A stretch of 64,000 nucleotides of DNA, from positions 824 through 64,823 of IMG/VR virus record IMGVR_UViG_3300009164_004014. One strand, given 5' to 3'. Position 1 is the stretch's first letter. Each line of letters starts with the position of its first letter. Below, piece by piece: positions 36,757 through 46,955 of the stretch. The position numbers and the translations under genes are program-made. The notes under the pieces were generated by a model. It was not told where the DNA came from, did not search any database, and saw nothing but the letters and a program-made list of their open reading frames with translations. Source of the stretch: a virus. Lineage: Duplodnaviria > Caudoviricetes.

Positions 36757-37565
36757 CACGAGGCGCAATTTTATTTGCTTTCAATACTGAGAAATTTAAT
36801 TATTATGAAATGGCAGAATATGCTGCCAAACGCATTAATCACTTTCTTAATCTACCAGTAACAATTGTCACCGATGTAGATTCATATCCAGAAGATACAG
36901 ATTACGTTTGGGACAAGGTAATCAAAATTGTTCCTGACAAAAATAATACACGAGTATGGGGTACATGGATTAATAAAGGAAGATGGCAGGCATATGAATT
37001 TACACCCTACAATGAGACATTACTATTAGATGTTGATTACATTGTAAATTCATCAAACTTGTTAAAAATATTTGACTTTTACGATGATTTTTGCTGCCAT
37101 AACACTATTGACTTTTTAATGCAACCAAATGCAGAACAAGAAAAGATAAGTTATTACGGATACAATAGTCTTTGGGCTACTGTAGTTGCATTTAAAAAAA
37201 CTCAAAAAGTTGAAAATATTTTTAGCTGCATGAAGATGGTGCAAAATAATTATGAATTTTATATGAACCTACATTCATTTAACACAGGGATATATAGAAA
37301 TGACTATGCACTAACTATTGCATTAAATATTGTCAATGGTCATTTAACTAACAACCGTGATTTTATTCCATGGAATTTGTTGCACATTGGAAGTAATACT
37401 CAAATTTATAAAACTAGTGACGAAGAATTGAATACAGAATTTACTGTAACATTTGATAATTGGCAGCGTGGTAAAATTCGTAAAGAATATATTAATGTCG
37501 AAAATTTAGATTTTCATGTAATGAACAAAGAACTTTATGTGGAGATAATTCAAAATGGAAAGTAA
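36753..37565 (+). CDS. GT-A fold glycosyltransferase-like protein
   Basis: RGAILFAFN..PVTIVTD..AYEFTPYNETLLLDVDY (DxD motif)..RNDYALTIA. Confidence 0.65.
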   Translation: MTRGAILFAFNTEKFNYYEMAEYAAKRINHFLNLPVTIVTDVDSYPEDTDYVWDKVIKIVPDKNNTRVWGTWINKGRWQAYEFTPYNETLLLDVDYIVNSSNLLKIFDFYDDFCCHNTIDFLMQPNAEQEKISYYGYNSLWATVVAFKKTQKVENIFSCMKMVQNNYEFYMNLHSFNTGIYRNDYALTIALNIVNGHLTNNRDFIPWNLLHIGSNTQIYKTSDEELNTEFTVTFDNWQRGKIRKEYINVENLDFHVMNKELYVEIIQNGK

Positions 37566-38316
37566 TAAGGGCTTTGTAATTATGGCACAAGGTGATGACT
37601 ATATAAAATGTGCCCGTGCATTAGAACTTAGCATCAAACGTGCTATGCCTGATGCCAATGTAACTATTATAACAACTGATATGTTACCGCACGGAGATCA
37701 ATGCTCTGATACATTTTGGAAATTACAAAACGATTGGCAAGTTTATGAAGCTAGCCCATATGAATATACAATCAAGTTAGAATCAGATATGTACATCCCA
37801 AGACCAATTGACTACTGGTTTGATTCATTAAAAGATAGAGATGTTGTTATTTGCACTAGAATAAAAGATTTTATGCAGGAAGATTCTGATGTTACTTTTT
37901 ATCGCAAATTTATAATTGATAACAAATTGCCCAATACATATAATGGTATTACATATTTTAAAAAATCTATTATTGCTCAACAATTTTTTGAAACAACTAA
38001 AAATATTTGGGAAAATTGGGAAGAAGTTCGCAGTACGTTACAGTGCAATGTAAATGAATTTGCTACTACCGATTGGGTATATGCAATTGCTTCACATATT
38101 ATGGGAGTAGAAAAAACCACATATCCTCAGTTTGAGCCAATGGCAATGGTTCATATGAAAAAATATATTAATAAGATTCCATCTGAAGATTGGACAGATA
38201 TCTTTACCTGTGAAATTCTACAGCACTCTATAAGAGTAAATACTATTCCTCAATTATATCCGTTTCATTATCATGTAAAACATTTTGCAAATACTATTTT
38301 GGAGACAGCCAAATGA
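37555..38316 (+). CDS. GT-A fold glycosyltransferase-like protein (paralogue of previous gene)
   Basis: KGFVIMAQ..VTIITTD..YEASPYEYTIKLESDM (ExD variant)..TDWVYAIA. Confidence 0.6.
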   Translation: MESNKGFVIMAQGDDYIKCARALELSIKRAMPDANVTIITTDMLPHGDQCSDTFWKLQNDWQVYEASPYEYTIKLESDMYIPRPIDYWFDSLKDRDVVICTRIKDFMQEDSDVTFYRKFIIDNKLPNTYNGITYFKKSIIAQQFFETTKNIWENWEEVRSTLQCNVNEFATTDWVYAIASHIMGVEKTTYPQFEPMAMVHMKKYINKIPSEDWTDIFTCEILQHSIRVNTIPQLYPFHYHVKHFANTILETAK

Positions 38317-38657
38317 TTAATGATGAAGAAAAATATATAATTATTTGGGAACCTCCCGTATTAGAAAAGCCTGAATTTAGACTATATTATGATGACTTAG
38401 GCAAGATTATATGTTATACTGGAGAGAAGTTAGAAGGAAACTATATTGTAGTTGATGCTATGACCTTTGCTGAAAGTAGGCAAGATATTAGAGTAATTGA
38501 TGGTAGAATTGTTAAAGATTCTTCTAATGCAACTATAGTTAGATTAACGCCGAGTGATTTCGGACATTTATGTGCAACAGAAGACCTAAGTATTATCGTA
38601 ACTAATGATGATGCGATTGAAAAACAATATTGGAAATTAACAGTTTATGAGTTTTGA
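38313..38657 (+). CDS. Hypothetical protein
   Basis: 114 aa, overlapping both neighbours in the operon. Confidence 0.7.
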   Translation: MINDEEKYIIIWEPPVLEKPEFRLYYDDLGKIICYTGEKLEGNYIVVDAMTFAESRQDIRVIDGRIVKDSSNATIVRLTPSDFGHLCATEDLSIIVTNDDAIEKQYWKLTVYEF

Positions 38658-39600
38658 TAATATTGTTGACGTGGCAGATTTAGATTGTATCTATCTAAGC
38701 TATGATGAGCCTCAAAAAGAAGAATTTTGGCTTAAGATAAAGAATATGATTCCATGGGCCAAGCGTGTTGATAGTGTTAAAGGTAGTGATGCTGCACATA
38801 AAGCAGCGGGTCTAGCTAGTGACACAGAACGATTCATTCTAATCGACGGTGACAACATGCCAGAAGAAAGTTTCTTCAACATGCAATTAGACTTCACTGA
38901 CAAAGACCCTAAATATAAATTAGCACAATATCGTTGGAAAGCTGTGAATAGTATTAACGGATTGCGTTACGGCAACGGCGGCATGAGTAGTTGGACTAAA
39001 ACTTATGTTGCCAACATGCAAACTCACGAAAATCAAAAAAACGGCGATGTAGCACGTATTGCTGATTTCTGTATGGATGGCAAAGATAACTTATACTGGG
39101 CAATGCATGATTGTTATTCTATTACTTATCCTAATTATACTCCGTTTCAAGCGTGGCGTGCTGGATTCCGTGAAGGAGTAAAGATGGTTCTTGATAAAGG
39201 TGCAAGACCTGATATCAATACATTTAAAGAAACTGTTGCTAGTCGCAACTTAAACAACTTAACTATATGGCACAATGTTGGTAGTGATGTTGAAAATGGA
39301 TTGTGGGCTATCTATGGCGCACGATTAGGCACATACATGACTATGCTAACTGATTGGGAACATACCAATGTTCAATGGTTTGATAACTATATAGTATTGT
39401 GGGAAGAACAAGAATACAGAGACCCAAAAATTGAAGCAGAGTCTATTGGATCAGCATTAAGTGATAAACTTGGGTTACCTATGTGTACATTAAGTAGTGA
39501 ACAAAGCAAATTCTTCAAACGTCACTATAATGCAGACAAATATAATTTGGGCCCACTCGTAACTGAGATGGATGTTATTCGTAGAATAGAAGGTTGGTAA
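38647..39600 (+). CDS. Glycosyltransferase-like protein (GT2-like, DxD)
   Basis: DCIYLSYDEP..RVDSVKGSDAAHKAA..FILIDGDN..QAWRAGFREGVKM. Confidence 0.6.
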   Translation: MSFDNIVDVADLDCIYLSYDEPQKEEFWLKIKNMIPWAKRVDSVKGSDAAHKAAGLASDTERFILIDGDNMPEESFFNMQLDFTDKDPKYKLAQYRWKAVNSINGLRYGNGGMSSWTKTYVANMQTHENQKNGDVARIADFCMDGKDNLYWAMHDCYSITYPNYTPFQAWRAGFREGVKMVLDKGARPDINTFKETVASRNLNNLTIWHNVGSDVENGLWAIYGARLGTYMTMLTDWEHTNVQWFDNYIVLWEEQEYRDPKIEAESIGSALSDKLGLPMCTLSSEQSKFFKRHYNADKYNLGPLVTEMDVIRRIEGW

Positions 39601-40994
39601 TGAGTAGTGAACATCAAAAAATACAAGATATCAAAATAAAAATTGAAAATGAAGTAGGCCCCACGTTTTGTCTGGCTAAATTTCACCATGTGACTATGTA
39701 CTTGCAGTCAGGTGAAACACATAGTTGTTATCATCCTCAACCACATAAGATTCCATTAGCCGAATTAAAAGATAATCCATCTGCATTGCATAATACAATT
39801 CAGAAAAAAGAAGAACGTAAGTTAATGCTTGAAGGGGGTAAACCCACTGGATGTAAATACTGCTGGAACATTGAAGCAATGGGACCTGATTATATTAGTG
39901 ACCGTCATATTCGTAATGCAAGTATCTTTACAGAAGAACGTTATGAACAAACAGTTAAAGGTCCGTGGGATCAAAACATTAATCCAGAATACTTAGAGAT
40001 TAACTTTGGTAACGAATGTAACTTCAAGTGCGGTTACTGTCATCCAAAGTATAGTACAAGTTTCTATAATGAAATTAAGGTCAATGGCCCTGTAACAACA
40101 GTAAAGAATCATCGTTGTGATATTGACTGGATGAAACTATATCAGCGTGAGGAAGAAAATCCTTACGTTGATGCATTCTGGAAGTGGTGGCCTGAACTAC
40201 GCAAGACATTGAATATCATGCGTGTTACAGGAGGTGAACCAACAATGCATACTAGTACATGGAAGTTACTAAAAGAGATTAACAATGACCCCATGCCATG
40301 GTTAGAGTTAAACATCAATAGTAATTTGGGTACTAAGACCGGATTGGTTGAAAAGTTAAGTGATAGTGTTAAGCAACTATGTGACGACGGAAAAATCAAG
40401 TCATTTAAGTTGTTTACTAGTCTAGACACATGGGGACCTAAAGCTGAATATATTCGCACAGGACTAGATTTAGAGTTGTGGGAGAAGAATTTTCACACAT
40501 ACTTACAACGTACTAGCAGTCCAATAACGTTTATGATTACGTTTAATATCTTTAGTGTAACTACATTTAAAGAGTATTTGGCTAAGTTTTTAGAATGGCG
40601 TGAACAATATGGCTGGTACGATGACATAAAAAGCCATCGTGTTCGTTTTGATACTCCATACTTGCGTGACCCAATACAGTATGATATGAATATTCTTCCC
40701 AAAGAAGAATTCATGCCCTATATGCACGATGCACTAGAGTTTATGTTAGCTAACGTAGATGACAATGCAAGTAATAAATTTACTACAGTTGAATATGAGA
40801 AATTTAAGCGTGTAGTAGATTATATGGCCGAGACTGTTTATCCCGATGATAAATTAATAGAAGGCCGAAGAGATTTCTACAATTGGTTTAACGAAATAGA
40901 CGAGCGTAGAGACACAGACATGTTATCTATATTTCCTGAATACATGGGATTCTATAGATTATGTCAAGAAACAAATCAACTAAATCCATTATGA
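39600..40994 (+). CDS. Radical SAM protein with N-terminal Twitch/SPASM-like domain (1 of 6)
   Basis: FCLAKF..HSCYH..CKYCW; CNFKCGYC; TGGEP. Start taken at ATG 39600 (TAATG overlap). Confidence 0.9.
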   Translation: MSSEHQKIQDIKIKIENEVGPTFCLAKFHHVTMYLQSGETHSCYHPQPHKIPLAELKDNPSALHNTIQKKEERKLMLEGGKPTGCKYCWNIEAMGPDYISDRHIRNASIFTEERYEQTVKGPWDQNINPEYLEINFGNECNFKCGYCHPKYSTSFYNEIKVNGPVTTVKNHRCDIDWMKLYQREEENPYVDAFWKWWPELRKTLNIMRVTGGEPTMHTSTWKLLKEINNDPMPWLELNINSNLGTKTGLVEKLSDSVKQLCDDGKIKSFKLFTSLDTWGPKAEYIRTGLDLELWEKNFHTYLQRTSSPITFMITFNIFSVTTFKEYLAKFLEWREQYGWYDDIKSHRVRFDTPYLRDPIQYDMNILPKEEFMPYMHDALEFMLANVDDNASNKFTTVEYEKFKRVVDYMAETVYPDDKLIEGRRDFYNWFNEIDERRDTDMLSIFPEYMGFYRLCQETNQLNPL

Positions 40995-42244
40995 ATGATA
41001 AAGAATATTTAATAAACAAAAGTAAATCGTTTTGCATGTTACCTTGGGTGCATGTTTATACAACTCCCTCAGGTGAGGCAGGACCCTGTTGCATTGCAAA
41101 AAATCCCCGAGACAAATTTGGAAGACATATTCCAATAGCCAATTCAACAAAAGATAATATGATGGAAATTGTAAATTCTGATGGCATGAAAAAACTTAGA
41201 GTGGATATGCTGTCTGATGTTAAAAATCCCATATGTGAGACTTGCCATGCTCAAGAAGATTTAAATATCGTAAGTTCACGAATTTCCTATAATCATCAAT
41301 TTGTTAAATATTTTGATGAATCAATGAGTGCAACAACTGACGATGGTTCTTTGTCTGAATTTAAAATGAGATATTTTGATATTAGGTTTAGTAATATTTG
41401 CAATTTTAAATGCAGAACATGTGGTCCTGCTTTTAGCAGCCAATGGGAACAAGAAAATATAAGAAATGGTATATATCAACACCCTATAGCAAAAAATGAT
41501 AGAAAAGAATTCTTACAAGAAACACTTGATCATATACCAAATTTAGAAAAAGCCTATTTTGCAGGCGGAGAACCACTAATTACCGAAGAACATTATATAA
41601 TGTTAGAGGAAATGATACGTCAAGGACGCACAGACATTACGTTAATGTATAATACAAATTTAAGTAATTTGAAATTTAAAGACAAAGATTTAATGAGTCT
41701 TTGGAAACACTTTACTAATAATATAATGATTTACGCTAGTGTGGATCATTATGGTGAACGTGCTGAATATATACGTAGTGGAACAAATTGGACAACTGTG
41801 GAAGAGAATTTTTTATTAGTTAAAAAATCTTCAAACATTAATCTTCAAATGAACACAGTTTTAAGCCTATATAATTACAAAACATTTTTAGAATTTTATG
41901 AATATTTGTATGACAAAAATTTGTACACAAAAGATGATTATACTTATTCAATTTATAATATGAATTCACCTGAGCATCTTAGTTCAAATATTTTACCACA
42001 ACATCACAAAGAAGAAGGAAAATTAAAAATATTAAAACTATTAGAGATAATTAAAGAAAAACAACCAAACTTTCAGAAAATTAAAACAGTTAAAAGTATT
42101 ATTGATTGGACTATGGCGCCTGGTAGACATGAATGGGATAATTATAAAAACTTATTTAGATTTCACACCACACAAAGAGATAATATCAGAGGGGAAAGTT
42201 TTGTTAAAACTTTTCCGGAACTTGCTGATCTAATGGAGGATTAA
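40991..42244 (+). CDS. Twitch-domain radical SAM protein (2 of 6)
   Basis: FCMLPW..PCC..CETC; CNFKCRTC; YFAGGEP. Start taken at ATG 40991 (ATGA overlap). Confidence 0.9.
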   Translation: MNDKEYLINKSKSFCMLPWVHVYTTPSGEAGPCCIAKNPRDKFGRHIPIANSTKDNMMEIVNSDGMKKLRVDMLSDVKNPICETCHAQEDLNIVSSRISYNHQFVKYFDESMSATTDDGSLSEFKMRYFDIRFSNICNFKCRTCGPAFSSQWEQENIRNGIYQHPIAKNDRKEFLQETLDHIPNLEKAYFAGGEPLITEEHYIMLEEMIRQGRTDITLMYNTNLSNLKFKDKDLMSLWKHFTNNIMIYASVDHYGERAEYIRSGTNWTTVEENFLLVKKSSNINLQMNTVLSLYNYKTFLEFYEYLYDKNLYTKDDYTYSIYNMNSPEHLSSNILPQHHKEEGKLKILKLLEIIKEKQPNFQKIKTVKSIIDWTMAPGRHEWDNYKNLFRFHTTQRDNIRGESFVKTFPELADLMED

Positions 42245-42245
42245 T

Positions 42246-43484
42246 ATGGTGCATGATACCAAATACTTATTAACAGAAAGTAAGACATTCTGCATGTTAC
42301 CGTGGGTTCACTTTATGGCCATTCCTTCAGGTGATGTGTTTCCCTGTTGTGTTGGAGTAACAGAGAAAGCTATGACCAAAGTTAACCCCGATTCAACCTT
42401 TGAATCTATTATCAACGATGATAGTTTTAAAAAATTACGCAAAGATATGTTAGCGGAGATTAAAAATCCAATTTGTACTCATTGTTATGATACTGAAACT
42501 TTTACCAGTGCAAGTTGGAGATCTTTTGGTAATGAGAATTTTCACTCAAGTATAGATGAAGTATTAAAGAACACCAAAGAAGATGGTACACTTGAAAATT
42601 TTAAAATGAAATATTACGATATTAGATTCAATAATATTTGTAATTTTAAATGCCGCATGTGCGGTCCGGATTATAGTACATTATGGGCACAGGAAGAGAA
42701 CCAACGATTATCTCCCCCGTATAATAATGTGCCGATATATAATTTATCCAAAACTACTAAAATTTTGAAAGAATTTTTGGAATATGTAGATGATGTTGAA
42801 TTTGTTTACTTTGCAGGTGGAGAACCGCTAATCACCGAAGAACATTATCTTATTTTAGAGGAATTGATTAGAAAAAATAAAACTAATATTAAAATAAGGT
42901 ACAACACTAATTGTAGTGTACTATCATATAAAGATAAAAATATATTTGATTTATGGAAACATTTTGATCATGTTGACATATCTGCAAGTATAGACCACAT
43001 AGGTGAACGTGCGGAATATATTAGAACCGGTACTGATTGGGGGAAAGTTGAACATAATTTACAAAAGTTTAATAGCAAAGACAATATAACATTGTCAGTT
43101 AATACAGTACTTAGTGTCTACAATTATACTACATTACCGTTGTTATATGAATATTTGATTAATTTTGGACTGTTTAATGGTGAATCATTTAATAGTTTGG
43201 TATGTACAAAAACTCCTGAATATTTTTCATCTACAGTTTTGCCTAAAATTTTAAAAGACAATTGTTTGCCAAATCATTTGAAATTGCTTGATAAGATGAA
43301 AAATCTATCAAAAGATTGGAGACATTTAATTGAACCTGCAATAAAATTTACAAACTCTAGTGATGACTGGTCTACTCAAAAAGAAAACTTTTTAAAAGAA
43401 ACATTAATACGAGACTCTATTAGAAATGATTCATTTGAAAAAACTTTTCCTGAATTAGTAATGATGATGGACACCTCTTTATGA
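42246..43484 (+). CDS. Twitch-domain radical SAM protein (3 of 6)
   Basis: FCMLPW..PCC..CTHC; CNFKCRMC; YFAGGEP. Confidence 0.9.
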   Translation: MVHDTKYLLTESKTFCMLPWVHFMAIPSGDVFPCCVGVTEKAMTKVNPDSTFESIINDDSFKKLRKDMLAEIKNPICTHCYDTETFTSASWRSFGNENFHSSIDEVLKNTKEDGTLENFKMKYYDIRFNNICNFKCRMCGPDYSTLWAQEENQRLSPPYNNVPIYNLSKTTKILKEFLEYVDDVEFVYFAGGEPLITEEHYLILEELIRKNKTNIKIRYNTNCSVLSYKDKNIFDLWKHFDHVDISASIDHIGERAEYIRTGTDWGKVEHNLQKFNSKDNITLSVNTVLSVYNYTTLPLLYEYLINFGLFNGESFNSLVCTKTPEYFSSTVLPKILKDNCLPNHLKLLDKMKNLSKDWRHLIEPAIKFTNSSDDWSTQKENFLKETLIRDSIRNDSFEKTFPELVMMMDTSL

Positions 43485-44713
43485 TCACCAACAAAAACTA
43501 TTTACTAAATGAAAGTAAAGTGTTTTGTATGTTTCCGTGGATGCATTTAAATGTAACTCCTAAGGGAGATATATATCCCTGTTGTAGTAATGATTATACT
43601 GTACCATTTGGTAATACAAAGCAATCTAGTCTCAAAGATGCATTTAACAATGAACTAATGAAGCAAATGCGCTTGGATATGTTAGCAGATAAACCAAATA
43701 AGATATGCAACTTTTGTTACAAGCACGAAGAAGCAGGACCGCATAGTTTTAGAAATTATAGTAAAGAACAATTTGGTAAACATTTTGATGAATTAATACC
43801 TACAACACTTGATGATGGCACTGTGCCTGAATTTAAAATGCATTACTTTGATATTCGATTCAGTAATATATGTAACTTCAAATGTAGAACATGTGGCTCA
43901 GAATTTTCTAGTCAATGGGGAGCAGAGATGCGAGCCAATTATGATCCAAATCATCCTATTGTAATTCATGCTGACGAGAAGGGCAATTTGTTACGTGAAA
44001 TACTAGATCAAGTAGAACATATTGATTTAGCTTACTTTGCAGGTGGTGAACCTACACTAACAGAAGAACATTATATAATGTTAGAGGAAATGATACGCAA
44101 AGGTCGTACTGACATTACACTACGTTACAATACAAATGCTAGCAATATCAAGTTCAAAGACTATGACTTACTAGACATGTGGAAGCACTTTAAGAAGATT
44201 GAGTTAAGTTGTAGTATTGACCATTATGGTGAACGTGCAGAATGGTTACGGCATGGAACTGATTGGGGATTAGTTGAAAGCAATCTATTAAAATTCCGTG
44301 AATTAGACTATGTTTCATTTCAAATTAATACAGTATTTTCAATATTCAATTACTTGACCATAAGTGAATTTTATTCATATTTAAAAAGTAAAGGGCTTGT
44401 TAGACCACACGACTGGTATAATAGTTTATATTTAGCAGTGCATCCAAGTCATTATAGCGGTAAAAGTTTGCCCAAAGAGTTAAAAATTGAAGCAGAAGCT
44501 AAGGCTCTATCTTGGGCTGAAAACAATAAAGACGATAATACTTCATTGTCCAGACTAGTTAATGATGCAGTAAACTTTGCCAAAGAGAAGGATGCATGGG
44601 CTGATAATAAAAAAGAATTTATGATGCACACTGGTTCTGGTGATAAGATACGCAATGAAAGTTTCTGGAAAACGTTCCCTGAATTAAATAAATTGCAAGA
44701 CTTGATGGAGTAA
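43481..44713 (+). CDS. Twitch-domain radical SAM protein (4 of 6)
   Basis: FCMFPW..PCC..CNFC; CNFKCRTC; YFAGGEP. Confidence 0.9.
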   Translation: MITNKNYLLNESKVFCMFPWMHLNVTPKGDIYPCCSNDYTVPFGNTKQSSLKDAFNNELMKQMRLDMLADKPNKICNFCYKHEEAGPHSFRNYSKEQFGKHFDELIPTTLDDGTVPEFKMHYFDIRFSNICNFKCRTCGSEFSSQWGAEMRANYDPNHPIVIHADEKGNLLREILDQVEHIDLAYFAGGEPTLTEEHYIMLEEMIRKGRTDITLRYNTNASNIKFKDYDLLDMWKHFKKIELSCSIDHYGERAEWLRHGTDWGLVESNLLKFRELDYVSFQINTVFSIFNYLTISEFYSYLKSKGLVRPHDWYNSLYLAVHPSHYSGKSLPKELKIEAEAKALSWAENNKDDNTSLSRLVNDAVNFAKEKDAWADNKKEFMMHTGSGDKIRNESFWKTFPELNKLQDLME

Positions 44714-44715
44714 AA

Positions 44716-45993
44716 ATGCAAGATCCCTTAGTAATAGAAAATTTAGTAAAGCACGGTAAACATTTCTGTGTGCTACCTTGGGTACATTTCCATTCATGGC
44801 CCGACGGTAAAGTAATGCCCTGCTGTATTGCAGACAGTGACATGCCGGTCGCAAACATTAATAATAATGAATCTATTATTCAGATGATGAATAGTGATGA
44901 ATATAAAAAAATACGTGCCGGTATGTTAATTGATGAGCCAGTGGCAACTTGTAAACGGTGTTATGACTTAGAATTAATGGGCACATGGACAATGCGTCAA
45001 AGTCATAATATGCGTAGAGGACTTGAATATGTTGATATGATTTCAAAGAATACAGAAAATGATGGTACATTATCTGAATTTCAAATGAAATACATGGATT
45101 TGCGTTTTAGTAACATGTGTAATATGAAATGTCGTAGTTGCGGCCCGGGTTGCAGTAGTCTATGGGCACAAGAATATGTTGATGAAAAAGGTTTAGGGGA
45201 ATACGAAAAATATTTTCATACTAAAAAAATTATAGTCAATACTGCTGAAGAAATGAGTTTTATGAGTAAATTAAAACCCTATCTCAAAGACGTATTAGAA
45301 GTTTACTTTGCCGGCGGAGAAATAATTATCACTCCTGAACATTACGAATGTTTAGATTACTGGATTGAGAACGGACTTACTGACCAAGTTGAATTAACAT
45401 ATACTACTAATTTTAGTTCATTAAAATACAAAGACAAAGATTTAATTGGTTATTGGAAACAGTTTTCTCAATTAAAAATTTGGGCTAGCTTAGATGCTCA
45501 CGGTGATGTAGCAGAGATTATACGCAAGGGTTCAGATTGGGAACGTATTGTCAAAAACATTAAAACACTAAAAGAACAAGTACCGCATGCACAATTTCAA
45601 ATTACTCCAACGTTAAGTATTTGGAACGTATTTGATTTTCCTGACTTTTTTGATTATTTGATTAGTGAGGGATTGATTGATGACAAAACTACTAGCCCTA
45701 GATTTAATCTATTGACTAACCCATGGTATGCAAACATTATGATATTACCCGTGTCAGTTAAGCGAAGATTAATAGAATTATATCGTGTATATGCAGATAG
45801 ATATGAAAATGTTAATACTGAGTTACACAATGGTTTTAAAATGATCATTTATAATCTAAGTGTTGGTGATGAGAATAAGGGTGGCATATTAGAATTTAAA
45901 AAATTCAATGAGCAAATAGATGAATATAGAAATGAAAAAATAGAAGATATCATCCCAGAACTTAAAGAGGTTTATCAGTGGGCAGAAAGTTAA
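44716..45993 (+). CDS. Twitch-domain radical SAM protein (5 of 6)
   Basis: FCVLPW..PCC..CKRC; CNMKCRSC; YFAGGE. Confidence 0.9.
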   Translation: MQDPLVIENLVKHGKHFCVLPWVHFHSWPDGKVMPCCIADSDMPVANINNNESIIQMMNSDEYKKIRAGMLIDEPVATCKRCYDLELMGTWTMRQSHNMRRGLEYVDMISKNTENDGTLSEFQMKYMDLRFSNMCNMKCRSCGPGCSSLWAQEYVDEKGLGEYEKYFHTKKIIVNTAEEMSFMSKLKPYLKDVLEVYFAGGEIIITPEHYECLDYWIENGLTDQVELTYTTNFSSLKYKDKDLIGYWKQFSQLKIWASLDAHGDVAEIIRKGSDWERIVKNIKTLKEQVPHAQFQITPTLSIWNVFDFPDFFDYLISEGLIDDKTTSPRFNLLTNPWYANIMILPVSVKRRLIELYRVYADRYENVNTELHNGFKMIIYNLSVGDENKGGILEFKKFNEQIDEYRNEKIEDIIPELKEVYQWAES

Positions 45994-46955
45994 TAGCCAT
46001 TCAGGCCCCAGAGCCTTACCTAGCAGTTACATGGCAGGTGAACAATTATTGTAACTTTAAATGTAGTTATTGTAATCCGGGTAATTGGGGAGGAACTGAC
46101 GTTAATGATGGCAATACTGATTTATATATTCGCAATCTAGAAACAATAATCAATCGTTATAAAGAAGTTGGATATAAAAATTTTAAGTTCTTTTTTAGTG
46201 GTGGAGAACCAACTGCATGGCGCAATTTTATTCCAATTTGTGAATGGTTGTATAATGAGTTACCCCAAGCCACCTTGGCAGTTAACACTAATCTAAGTCG
46301 TCCATTAAAATGGTGGGAAAAGAATCACTATCTATTTGATGATGTAGTTGCTAGTTTTCACGTAGAGTTTGCAGACAAACAACGTTATGAAGAAAACAGT
46401 ATATATCTATGTGATAAGGTAAACTACTTAGCAACTAAGATGCTATTACATGAAGAAAGATTCTGGGAAGTGGTGGAGTTTGGGAAATATTTAAAAACAG
46501 TCATGCCAAATTATTTTTTAGAATGGACACCGTTGTTTGATGAAATGAGTGTTAACACGGGACCATGGTCATATAAAGATCCAGCAAAGACTCAGTTTAT
46601 CAACGATTGCACTAGTGAGCACTATCAATCAAAACCAAAACCAAATAAAAGAACTAGATTTACGGTAAGTTACAATAAGTATGATGATAATCATTTTGAA
46701 GTCTGTAACAGCAATGAATTAATTGTCGCTGGTAATAATTTTTTCAGTGGCTGGAACTGTAATGTTGGCGATGCAATTTTTATTAGCCCAATTGGCGACA
46801 TGAGTTTAGCAAGTTGCGGTATGGGAGGTAGAGTTGGTCATATACTAACAGATATTTCTCGTGTTGGACCCAAACAAATTGTATGTAAAAAAGAACATTG
46901 CCATTGCGGAACTGATATTATTATTCCAAAATTTATAAAAAATGACAATACTTAA
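45978..46955 (+). CDS. Radical SAM protein with C-terminal Cys-rich (SPASM-like) domain (6 of 6)
   Basis: CNFKCSYC near the N-terminus, FSGGEPT, and C-terminal WNC..ASC..CKKEHCHC. Confidence 0.88.
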   Translation: MGRKLIAIQAPEPYLAVTWQVNNYCNFKCSYCNPGNWGGTDVNDGNTDLYIRNLETIINRYKEVGYKNFKFFFSGGEPTAWRNFIPICEWLYNELPQATLAVNTNLSRPLKWWEKNHYLFDDVVASFHVEFADKQRYEENSIYLCDKVNYLATKMLLHEERFWEVVEFGKYLKTVMPNYFLEWTPLFDEMSVNTGPWSYKDPAKTQFINDCTSEHYQSKPKPNKRTRFTVSYNKYDDNHFEVCNSNELIVAGNNFFSGWNCNVGDAIFISPIGDMSLASCGMGGRVGHILTDISRVGPKQIVCKKEHCHCGTDIIIPKFIKNDNT

